A DNA stretch of 22,545 bases from contig JAGLRQ010000065.1 of NCBI GenBank assembly GCA_023136205.1, positions 1 through 22,545 of the forward strand. The letters run 5' to 3'. Each line of letters opens with the position of its first letter. Positions within the stretch are counted from its first letter, which is position 1. Below the pieces are notes generated by a model that saw only the letters and a list, made by a program, of their open reading frames with translations, did no database searches and was not told the origin of the DNA. The position numbers were made by a program, and so were the translations under genes. Positions 1 to 7,125 of this stretch are shown here, in pieces. Origin of the DNA: Candidatus Auribacterota bacterium. Lineage in GTDB: Bacteria; Auribacterota; UBA6266.

Positions 1-95
1 GAAGACAGTTATTTGATTGCATACTCGCGCACGCTGTAACAAATCTGTGCCTGGGAATATATGTGCTTACAACAGGAAAGCTCGGATACTGGTAA

Positions 96-626
96 TTAAA
101 TATTATCAAGAAGTTCACGAACATGTTCTTGAACCTCAGTTATTTTATCAGAAGTTACTTCAGGATCCTGAATAACAAAATTTTCGCCCGTCTTTGCGTG
201 CTCATATACAATAAGCTTTTTCCCTGTTCCTTTCTCAACAATATTATCTATCACCAAAAAAAACTTTTTTCTCTCCAGGATCAAGGCAAGGATGTAACTT
301 ACATTAATTCTCATAGGATCGGCTGAACTCATAAACTTCTTTAAAAGCTGCTCAATTGAGCTTTTCTTAATAACTTCTTCCTTTTTCTCAGGGGCCCTGA
401 TCTTCACAAGCCCTTTCCAGTAAAGAATGCTTTTCCCCATTTCTTCCTGGCTTGGGCCATGATGGCCATTCTCCCAGCACAGGCTGCAAATGTCAAAACG
501 CTCTCCGGCCTCTTCATCTTCGGAAAGCTTAAAAACAGTGTGGCATATATCCCCGTCGTTAAAACTTTTGCCGCATCCATCACACTCTTTATGTCTTTTT
601 TCTATTTCCCAATCCAAAACATTCAC
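96..626 (-). CDS. hypothetical protein with N-terminal Cys-rich zinc ribbon
   Basis: 176-aa ORF. The first 50 aa carry C15xxC18, C28-H29 and C47xxC50-W knuckles. A K/E-rich linker and a C-terminal domain of about 85 aa follow; I cannot place that domain in a named family. The only candidate start is ATG at 626, with AAGGTGA immediately adjacent (almost no spacer). Confidence 0.6.
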   Translation of the reverse strand: MNVLDWEIEKRHKECDGCGKSFNDGDICHTVFKLSEDEEAGERFDICSLCWENGHHGPSQEEMGKSILYWKGLVKIRAPEKKEEVIKKSSIEQLLKKFMSSADPMRINVSYILALILERKKFFLVIDNIVEKGTGKKLIVYEHAKTGENFVIQDPEVTSDKITEVQEHVRELLDNI

Positions 627-662
627 CTTTAAACCAAATAAATCCGTTAAAAATTTAAAATA

Positions 663-702
663 ATTATAAAATCAAAAGTATTTTGACAGGATTAACAGGA
701 TT
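663..702 (-). promoter_or_regulatory. candidate promoter: consensus -10 TATAAT with tandem direct repeats where a -35 would be
   Basis: The minus strand reads AATCCTGT-T-AATCCTGT (702->686), then a 17-nt spacer, then TATAAT (668->663), 36 nt upstream of the ATG at 626. No TTGACA-like hexamer is present. Confidence 0.3.
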
Positions 703-713
703 TTGTGGCAACC

Positions 714-1070
714 TTAATCTTTTTTATCTTTTTGAGGCTGCTTTTCTTCTTTTGCTTCAGTTTCTGTTTTCTTTTCTTGTTTCTCTTCTTTCTTTTCAGG
801 CTTTTTTGATTCATCAACATAATTTAACCGGATATTCGTAAGAAGTGTGTCAAATGTCTTTTCTTCGTTTTCGGTAAGGTTACCTTGTGTTTTTTCTCTC
901 AAAACCTCCAGAATATCTATAGAAGCTTTTGCTGCTTCCATATTTCTTTCAGCCTTGCCGGTAAATGGATCCGAGATTTTTCCCAATCCCTGCATAGCCG
1001 AATTAGCAAGCATGGTAATAAGGCCTAAAAACTGAAGTTCCTTTACTCTATCTTTTTTCTCTCCTGCCAT
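714..1070 (-). CDS. DUF1844 domain-containing protein with Lys/Glu-rich C-terminal tail
   Basis: 118 aa. The core FLGLITMLANSAMQGLGKISDPFTGK...AKASIDILEVLREKTQGNLTENEE...LRLNYV matches the DUF1844 pattern as I recall it (hydrophobic helix, LG..DP.TG, IDiL..L.eKT.GNL). SD GAGGAGA lies 6 nt before the ATG, which is 19 nt after the peptidase stop. Confidence 0.8.
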   Translation of the reverse strand: MAGEKKDRVKELQFLGLITMLANSAMQGLGKISDPFTGKAERNMEAAKASIDILEVLREKTQGNLTENEEKTFDTLLTNIRLNYVDESKKPEKKEEKQEKKTETEAKEEKQPQKDKKD

Positions 1071-1089
1071 TTTCTATCTCCTCTGATTA

Positions 1090-3753
1090 TTAAAACTCAA
1101 TAGCTTCAGGGCTTGTCACTATTGTAATCGGCCCTTTTGTAAAATACTCATCTATGCACTGCTCAATATCCGCGCGGGAAATTTTCCTAATATTCGCCGG
1201 ATACTTCCCGCTAAAATCAAACCCGCGGCTGTATCTTAAATTAAGAATAGCATCAGCTGCCTGCTCCTCATTGGTCTGAAGGCCCATCTCATGCACAGTA
1301 ATACAAATATTCTTGGCAACTTCCAACTCTTCATCGGTAAACTCTTTTTTAAGCAGCCGGTCAACCTGGAAATTAATTTTATCTAATACTTCTTTAAGTT
1401 TATCCGTTGAAGTTTGCGCGACTACCATAAACATCCCTGTTTTGAGCCGGGGAAGAAACTGGGCATGGACAAAATAAACAAGTTTATCATCACCCCTTAG
1501 CGCCTGATGCAGCCAGCCGCCTGGATAATCAATTCCGGAAATAAGGCTGTCAATAACATCAAAAGTGAAATACTCTTTTCCTTTCAGCCCGCATGCCGGA
1601 TAAACCTGAATTATAACAGCATTATTTTTTGTAGTTTTTTTCTGAACTATTTTCGGTTTTTCATCGGGCACAAAACCTACAATGTCAAATTCCCTGTATT
1701 TATCTTTTTTCCAATCTTCAAACGTCTTGTCCAAAACTTTAACCGTTTTGTCAAAGTTTATATCCCCAAAAACACCTATAATACAGTTGTCAGATTTTAT
1801 ATATTCGGAATATAGTTCCTTAAGGTTTCTGTCTGTTATCTTTTCGATAGACTCTTTAGAGCCAATTAGCTCCACACCGTAGGGGTGGCTGCCAAAGTAG
1901 GTCTCCCTGGCAATTATGGATGCTTCTCTTATAGGCTCATCATTGAGCCTATCTATTTCTGAAAGTATAAGTCTCCTCTGTTTTTCAACTTCTCCACCAT
2001 TAAAATTAGCCTTTATTAATATTTTCTTAAGGATATCCATTCCTTCGGAAAGTTCGTCTTTTAATACGGAAATGGCCACGATCACATTGTTACTCCCCGA
2101 GGAAACAGACACATTCCCCCCCAATTTGTCAATTCTCTCAGCCATTTCAGCCGCACTTATTTCCTCCGTTCCCTTATCCATTAGAGAAGCCATAAAATTA
2201 AATATTCCGGAATTATCTTTTGTCTCTGCTATAAGCCCTCCTTTGAAACACGCGACTATAGCTACAGTAGGGGTTGAGGTGTTCTTTTTTATCAAAAGCG
2301 TAATACCATTTTTTAAATTAAGTTCTTTTACCTCGGAAACTTCGCTTTTTACTGCTATTTCCCCCTCCTGTTTTTCTAACCTTTTGCCAACTGCAATCTC
2401 AATCAGATTATTCTCATTAAAATACTTTCTGGCCACTTTCTTGAGATCAGCAGATTTAACTTCAAGAATCCCCTTCAGATATCTTTTGGTAAAGAACGGG
2501 TCTCCTGAAATAAGATACGATCCCCCTATATCCGAAACCTGGCGCTCTATATGCCTGAGCCTGAATATATAGTTTGTTATAAGCATTTTTTTGGCTTTTT
2601 CAACAGATAATTTTTTTACTCCTTTTTCTTTTACATGTCTTAATTCTTTAAGCACAGCATGTTTCACGGCATTAATATTGTCCGGGTTAAGAATGGAATA
2701 AACGTAAAAATATCCAGGAGCGAAAGCAGGGGTATAAGAACCGGCACTTATTACGTCTACAAGTTCCCTGTCATGCTTTACTTCCTGCTGCAGGATTGAG
2801 CTTTCTCCCGCTGAAAGAACTTCGGAAAGAAGGTCCAGAGCATACAAATCCTCATGATATATATCCGTCGTTTTAAAACTCATTATGTAATGATTTTTGG
2901 TTATATCCAAAAACTTTTCGGCTTTTTTACCGGATAGCTGGAGAGAAGATTCAGGAAGAGTTCTATTCATCTCAGGCCCGCGTTCGTACTTTAACAGGGC
3001 AACTTCAACTTTTGGAAGTATCTTGGATGCGCGAACATTTCCAGCAATAACAAGTACGACATTATTGGGGACATACCGGTCGCGATAGTATTTCAGCAAG
3101 TCATCTCTCTTGATTTTTCTAAATCTTTCAAGATAACCTATAACAGGAAATGCCGCGGGATGATCACCATAGGTAAGCTCATCAAGTTTCTTATAAAGAA
3201 TCCGCTCTGGTTGATCAAGGCCCCTTTCAATTTCTTTGATGATAACATCTCTTTCCCTCTCAAATTCTTCAGCTGTAATGGCAGAATCAAAAATAGAAGC
3301 GGTAAGTAAATTAAACGCTTTCTCAAAATTTTGCGGGGTTGTGTTTATAAAATAGCAGGTATAATCTTTGGTGGTATACGCGTTTGACGCTCCCCCAAGC
3401 TCACGTAAAATTTCCTGTACATCCTTTTCAGGCATATCCTTTGTGGAACCAGCGCAAACAATATGTTCAAGATAATGTGAAACCCCCATACCACCATACT
3501 TGTCTTCATAAACGCTTCCAGTCTTTACATAATACTTTAGGGAAACGACAGGCGCGGAATTGTTTTCGAGAATTAATATTTGAAGGCCGTTGTCAATCTC
3601 TTTCGTAATTATCCTATTGTTCTCATACAGGGAATCTATAGCATCTCCGGGAGTCATTTTTGTCCATCGGGAATAATAATTGCACGCCCAGATGATAAGG
3701 ACAACCGGAATCAGTACCGCTGCTATTATCCATTTGTGCTCTTTAAGTTTCAT
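1090..3753 (-). CDS. M16 (pitrilysin/insulinase) family zinc peptidase, fused active + inactive modules, N-terminal membrane anchor
   Basis: 887 aa. The inverted zinc motif HxxEH is present as H93-YLE-H97 in the first half. The second half (from about aa 470) is M16-like but has no HxxEH. An N-terminal hydrophobic segment (WIIAAVLIPVVLIIWAC) is present. SD GAGG lies 7 nt upstream of the ATG. Confidence 0.9.
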   Translation of the reverse strand: MKLKEHKWIIAAVLIPVVLIIWACNYYSRWTKMTPGDAIDSLYENNRIITKEIDNGLQILILENNSAPVVSLKYYVKTGSVYEDKYGGMGVSHYLEHIVCAGSTKDMPEKDVQEILRELGGASNAYTTKDYTCYFINTTPQNFEKAFNLLTASIFDSAITAEEFERERDVIIKEIERGLDQPERILYKKLDELTYGDHPAAFPVIGYLERFRKIKRDDLLKYYRDRYVPNNVVLVIAGNVRASKILPKVEVALLKYERGPEMNRTLPESSLQLSGKKAEKFLDITKNHYIMSFKTTDIYHEDLYALDLLSEVLSAGESSILQQEVKHDRELVDVISAGSYTPAFAPGYFYVYSILNPDNINAVKHAVLKELRHVKEKGVKKLSVEKAKKMLITNYIFRLRHIERQVSDIGGSYLISGDPFFTKRYLKGILEVKSADLKKVARKYFNENNLIEIAVGKRLEKQEGEIAVKSEVSEVKELNLKNGITLLIKKNTSTPTVAIVACFKGGLIAETKDNSGIFNFMASLMDKGTEEISAAEMAERIDKLGGNVSVSSGSNNVIVAISVLKDELSEGMDILKKILIKANFNGGEVEKQRRLILSEIDRLNDEPIREASIIARETYFGSHPYGVELIGSKESIEKITDRNLKELYSEYIKSDNCIIGVFGDINFDKTVKVLDKTFEDWKKDKYREFDIVGFVPDEKPKIVQKKTTKNNAVIIQVYPACGLKGKEYFTFDVIDSLISGIDYPGGWLHQALRGDDKLVYFVHAQFLPRLKTGMFMVVAQTSTDKLKEVLDKINFQVDRLLKKEFTDEELEVAKNICITVHEMGLQTNEEQAADAILNLRYSRGFDFSGKYPANIRKISRADIEQCIDEYFTKGPITIVTSPEAIEF

Positions 3754-3803
3754 AATTAAACCTCGAGTTAGCTCAAAAGATACATTCTATATACTTCTAT
3801 TTT

Positions 3804-4214
3804 CTACAACTGGTTTTTAATTTTTTCGGCAAATTGTTCTATTTCGCCTTTTCCATAGGTCTCATGAGGCCAGCCGAAATTGAGATTATCTCCCTCTTTT
3901 CTGGGAATTAAATGGAAATGGACATGGTTAACCACCTGTCCCGCAGCAGAACGATTACACTGATGAATATTAACTCCATCACACTTGAGCGCCTTAAACA
4001 TTGTATCTGCTACCCTTTGAACAATTATAACAACATCCTGCAAATCAGCAGGTTCTAAATCCGTTATTATCTCCGCGTGCTTCTTGGGAATAACAAGAAC
4101 ATGTCCTTTACGGGCAGGCATTATATCCAGAAATGCGAGTGATCTCTCTGTGTCAGTAACCCGAGCGGATAAAATCTCTCCCTTTACAATCCCGCAAAAT
4201 ATACATTCCTCCAT
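3804..4214 (-). CDS. HIT (histidine triad) family nucleotide hydrolase/transferase, HINT-like
   Basis: 136 aa. N-terminal CIFCxI and the histidine triad NHVHFHLIP are present. A strong SD AAGGAG lies 6 nt upstream of the ATG. Confidence 0.9.
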   Translation of the reverse strand: MEECIFCGIVKGEILSARVTDTERSLAFLDIMPARKGHVLVIPKKHAEIITDLEPADLQDVVIIVQRVADTMFKALKCDGVNIHQCNRSAAGQVVNHVHFHLIPRKEGDNLNFGWPHETYGKGEIEQFAEKIKNQL

Positions 4215-4230
4215 TCTTTACTCCTTACTG

Positions 4231-4258
4231 ATCTGTCCCTTAAATCTGTCCCTTAAAT
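4231..4258. repeat. perfect 13-bp tandem direct repeat (2 copies plus 2 nt) in the HIT 5' region
   Basis: The plus strand reads ATCTGTCCCTTAA ATCTGTCCCTTAA AT. On the coding (minus) strand this is ATTTAAGGGACAG x2, ending 16 nt upstream of the HIT ATG and just before its SD. Confidence 0.85.
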
Positions 4259-4317
4259 TTACATAAAGCTTTGCAAATTAGCTATTTTCATTCGTTATGA
4301 TATAGTCTTTTATACGG

Positions 4318-4824
4318 TTACGCTTTCTCTTCCTGGTCAGCACTTGAGAAAAGGGAGCTTGCTGCCAGTGTATCCATCCGGCGCAGCCTCCGGCTGATTT
4401 CCCGCGCCAAATTCATCACAATCAATGCGAAGATTTCAAGATCCCACTCCGCAATCCGGTACAAATCCTTGTTCGAAAGTGTAAGAGTACTGGTGTCTTC
4501 CAACGCTCTCACTGTAGCAGCGCGGGCTTGCATATCAATAAGCCCCATCTCTCCAAAAGTGTCCCCTTTAGCAAGGACTGCAATTTTCTGCGGCCTGCCT
4601 TTTGTAAAAGATGAAACCTCTTTTAGAATTTCAACAGAACCCTTGCAGAGGAAATACAAGCGGTCGCCCGGCTCATTTTCCCGGATTATTATCTCGTTTT
4701 TTGAAAAACATTCTTCTTTTAACAATGACCGAATTTTTTTCATCCCTTTATCTGTAATTCCACCAAACAATGCATGGGATCTGAGAAATTCCAAAGTTAC
4801 CATGATGACATGTGCCCTATTCAT
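4318..4824 (-). CDS. stand-alone cyclic-nucleotide-binding (CAP effector-type) domain protein, no DNA-binding or other output domain
   Basis: 168 aa. The phosphate-binding-cassette-like stretch is GDTFGEMGLIDMQARAATVRA (Arg-Ala rather than Arg-Ser/Thr). The beta-roll pattern (IIRENEPGDRLYFLCKGSVEI) is followed by a single C-helix. There is no HTH. Confidence 0.85.
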   Translation of the reverse strand: MNRAHVIMVTLEFLRSHALFGGITDKGMKKIRSLLKEECFSKNEIIIRENEPGDRLYFLCKGSVEILKEVSSFTKGRPQKIAVLAKGDTFGEMGLIDMQARAATVRALEDTSTLTLSNKDLYRIAEWDLEIFALIVMNLAREISRRLRRMDTLAASSLFSSADQEEKA

Positions 4825-4859
4825 TCCCCGTATTATTTCACCCTGATCTTTCCGGGGAA
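4824..4859 (-). promoter_or_regulatory. 7-bp hairpin able to sequester the SD-like GGGGA and the A of the start codon of the cNMP-domain gene
   Basis: Plus-strand TTCCCCG (4824-4830) and CGGGGAA (4853-4859) form a perfect inverted repeat with a 22-nt loop. In the mRNA the 3' arm is CGGGGAA followed by UG, that is the only SD-like element plus the AUG. Confidence 0.3.
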
Positions 4860-4925
4860 CAGCCTCTACAACCTATTTTTTATTCAATCAATTACAGAAA
4901 AACAAAGCTTATTTTTAGACGGGGA

Positions 4926-5441
4926 TTAACTCATGTTATACATTCGCTTGTATCGATCAAGATCACCTTTGGAAAAATTCTTCTTTGAAGCAGTTTGAAT
5001 ACTGTGTATTTTTGCCTTGCTTTTATCTATTAACAGCTTTATTCCCGCGATTATTTCCTCCGCCCTATCGCTATGAAGTGTCCTCGACTGAATCATATCA
5101 AATTCATCCACCCCGCTGAAATCACAGATAATCTTTCCTTTTCCAACCAGGACTCTCTCATGCAAAAGCATTACTTTAACAACCTCCGCGGAACTCACCA
5201 ATGCTCTCAGAAAACCCGCAAACTCCACTTCCTGGCTGTTGATTTCTGTCCTGGAGATTGCAAGTTTAGCATATCTTTCCGCGTGTAAAAGCAAATCTAT
5301 AAGTTCTTCCGCTTTCTTGAGCCTGAGAACAAGAGATTTGTTCGCAAACGGAAACCTTAGAGCCTCACGCAGCCTGTAAAAAGACTTGTCCCGCAGGGCA
5401 AGATATACAGCTCTATTATTAGAAGAATTTTCTATCCCCAT
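4926..5441 (-). CDS. hypothetical protein (orphan, no recognisable domain)
   Basis: 171-aa ORF. It is the only long ORF in this 0.5-kb interval and runs co-directionally with its neighbours. Its amino-acid composition looks protein-like rather than antisense-like. There is no SD before the ATG at 5441 and no alternative start for about 90 codons. Confidence 0.55.
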   Translation of the reverse strand: MGIENSSNNRAVYLALRDKSFYRLREALRFPFANKSLVLRLKKAEELIDLLLHAERYAKLAISRTEINSQEVEFAGFLRALVSSAEVVKVMLLHERVLVGKGKIICDFSGVDEFDMIQSRTLHSDRAEEIIAGIKLLIDKSKAKIHSIQTASKKNFSKGDLDRYKRMYNMS

Positions 5442-5452
5442 ATCTATAAACC

Positions 5453-5481
5453 ATTCTACACGTAAACCACTAAGCTATAAA
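5453..5481 (-). promoter_or_regulatory. candidate sigma70-type promoter abutting the 171-aa ORF
   Basis: The minus strand reads TTTATA (5481->5476), a 17-nt spacer, then TAGAAT (5458->5453). The -10 element ends only 11 nt before the ATG at 5441. It is flanked by the direct repeat TGGTTTA (5469->5463 and 5453->5447). Confidence 0.3.
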
Positions 5482-5539
5482 TAAAAATTTTTGGAATTTT
5501 CTGGTTTTAATCTTTTCGAAAGTTTTAACCCTCAGCCAC

Positions 5540-5578
5540 AAAAAAGCCCCTGCTATCTATCATTAAATATCAGGGGCT
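5540..5578 (-). terminator. rho-independent terminator after rplQ (end of the alpha operon)
   Basis: The minus strand reads AGCCCCUG, an 18-nt loop, CAGGGGCU, then UUUUUU. It starts 23 nt downstream of the rplQ stop. The loop is larger than ideal. Confidence 0.7.
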
Positions 5579-5601
5579 ATATGTTTACAGGGCTATAACA
5601 T

Positions 5602-6057
5602 CTATTTTTTATCCGATTTTTTCTTCTCTTCCTTCTTCTTAATCTTCTTTTCTGGTTTAGATTTTTGGGATTTTGTTTCTTTACTGTCTTCAACCACTTG
5701 GAACTCAACAAATTCCGCTATAGCCATGGGAGCAGCATCACCTCTGCGGTAAGTAGTCCTTATAACCCTTGCATAACCGCCTTTTCTCTGTTCGTATTGC
5801 TTCACAACCTCAGAAAAGAGTTTTGCAACCGCGGCCTTATCTTTTATCCTGGACACTGCCAATCTCCTTGAATGCAAGCTGTTCTCTTTTGCAAGTGTCA
5901 TAACCTTGTCAGCCAACCTTACAAGCTGTTTCGCTCTAACTTCAGTTGTTTTCACCCTGCCATTCTTTATAAGATCGCTCAAGAGATTTGCAAACACAGA
6001 TTCTCTGTGTCCAGATTTCATGTTGAGCTTGCCGGTCTTCTTTTTAGCATGTCGCAT
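5602..6057 (-). CDS. rplQ: 50S ribosomal protein L17 (bL17) with Lys-rich C-terminal tail
   Basis: MRHAKKKTGKLNMKSGHRESVFANL... matches the typical L17 N-terminus. The gene follows rpoA. SD AGGAG lies 8 nt upstream of the ATG. Confidence 0.95.
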   Translation of the reverse strand: MRHAKKKTGKLNMKSGHRESVFANLLSDLIKNGRVKTTEVRAKQLVRLADKVMTLAKENSLHSRRLAVSRIKDKAAVAKLFSEVVKQYEQRKGGYARVIRTTYRRGDAAPMAIAEFVEFQVVEDSKETKSQKSKPEKKIKKKEEKKKSDKK

Positions 6058-6078
6058 TATATACGCTCCTGTTGATTC

Positions 6079-7068
6079 TTATTTATCCTTTGCGATTACT
6101 TCTGTTTTCATTCCAAGAGAAAGCTCCAGTCCTTTAAGAACCGCTTTTATCTCATTAAGTGATTTTTTTCCGAAATTCCTCTGCTTGAGAAGCTCAGCTT
6201 CTGTCATTGAAACAAGTTCACATATAGTATTGATATTCGCGTTACTCAAACAGTTCGTTGACCTCACGGAGAGCTCTATTTCAGTTATGGGCATATCAAG
6301 TTTAGTCTTAAGCCCATGCTCTTCTTTCTTGATTTCCTTATCTTCTTCTTCAAATTCCACATAACTATCATCATAATTCACAAAAACATCCAAGTGCGCT
6401 CTTAAAATCGCGGATGATTGTTTAAGCGCTTCCGCCGGCGAAATTCTTCCATCTACCCATACCTCAACTATCAGTTTATCGTAGTCGGTCATTTGCCCGA
6501 TTCTCGTGTTCTCAACAGAATATTTCACCTTTTTTACCGGCGAAAATATAGAATCCATGGGGATATATCCGATTGGCTGCCCCTTTTTCTTATTCTCTTC
6601 CGCAAGCCTGTAACCACGGCCAACTTCAACATCCATTTCTATAGCCAGTTTGCCGCCTTTTTCTAATGTCGCGATGTGAAGGTCAGGATTTACAACCTGG
6701 ATAGTCCCGTCAGTCTTAATGGCACCAGCCTTAATCTCGCCTTCTTTGGAAACGCTTAAAGAAATCTTTTTTGTTTCTCTTGAATCTGAAATAAGCAAAA
6801 CCTTCTTCAAGTTCAGGAGTATCTGCGTTACATCTTCAAGGACACCTTTCACAGTGGCAAATTCATGCTGGACACCTTCTATCTTAATAGCAGTTATCGC
6901 AGCACCCTCAAGAGAGGAAAGCAACACCCTGCGCAGAGAATTCCCAATCGTATAACCATAACCTCTTTCAAAAGGCTCCGCGACAAACTTGCCATAAGTA
7001 TCTGTCATTGTACTTTCATCTCTAGTAAGTCTCTTTGGCATTTCAAATCTTCCCAATTTTACTGCCAT
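6079..7068 (-). CDS. rpoA: DNA-directed RNA polymerase subunit alpha
   Basis: 329 aa. The NTD (GYGYTIGNSLRRVLLSS) and the CTD (ELSVRSTNCLSNANI...NFGKKSLNEIK) are both present. SD GGAGG precedes the ATG. Confidence 0.97.
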   Translation of the reverse strand: MAVKLGRFEMPKRLTRDESTMTDTYGKFVAEPFERGYGYTIGNSLRRVLLSSLEGAAITAIKIEGVQHEFATVKGVLEDVTQILLNLKKVLLISDSRETKKISLSVSKEGEIKAGAIKTDGTIQVVNPDLHIATLEKGGKLAIEMDVEVGRGYRLAEENKKKGQPIGYIPMDSIFSPVKKVKYSVENTRIGQMTDYDKLIVEVWVDGRISPAEALKQSSAILRAHLDVFVNYDDSYVEFEEEDKEIKKEEHGLKTKLDMPITEIELSVRSTNCLSNANINTICELVSMTEAELLKQRNFGKKSLNEIKAVLKGLELSLGMKTEVIAKDK

Positions 7069-7125
7069 TTTTACCTCCGTAAAAAATATAGTTTATACAC
7101 TCTTACACGAGCACGATTTCAACTG

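Noticed and set aside
1-95. Possible 3' end of a plus-strand gene (frame 3 is open from the window edge to TAA at 93-95, ...CILAHAVTNLCLGIYVLTTGKLGYW*), or alternatively a minus-strand ATG at 22
   Set aside because: Only about 30 codons are visible and there is no motif. A second frame is also open up to position 39. I cannot tell a real convergent gene end from non-coding sequence.
1916-2572. 218-aa plus-strand ORF antisense to the M16 peptidase, together with the other plus-strand ORFs in the track across the window
   Set aside because: The Ser/Leu/Ile/Phe-rich translation is the mirror image of a Lys/Glu-rich sense gene. There is no SD and no recognisable domain. Every plus-strand ORF in the track overlaps a well-supported minus-strand gene.
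3670-3753. Lipoprotein signal (lipobox) at the N-terminus of the M16 peptidase (…VLIIWAC)
   Set aside because: Trp at the -2 position is atypical for the L-[ASTVI]-[GAS]-C lipobox. A simple signal-anchor or transmembrane helix is the safer call.
3754-3803. ATAGAA direct repeat and TAGAAT -10-like element upstream of the peptidase gene
   Set aside because: I could find no acceptable -35 at 16-18 nt. The hexamer repeat is short and AT-rich in an AT-rich genome, so this is not enough to call a promoter.
4926-5441. PilZ-like reading of the 171-aa orphan (RLREALR and DFSGVD resemble RxxxR and D/NxSxxG)
   Set aside because: The two elements are about 80 residues apart, not the 20-30 seen in PilZ domains, and the surrounding sequence does not look like a beta-barrel. 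I judge this a coincidental match.
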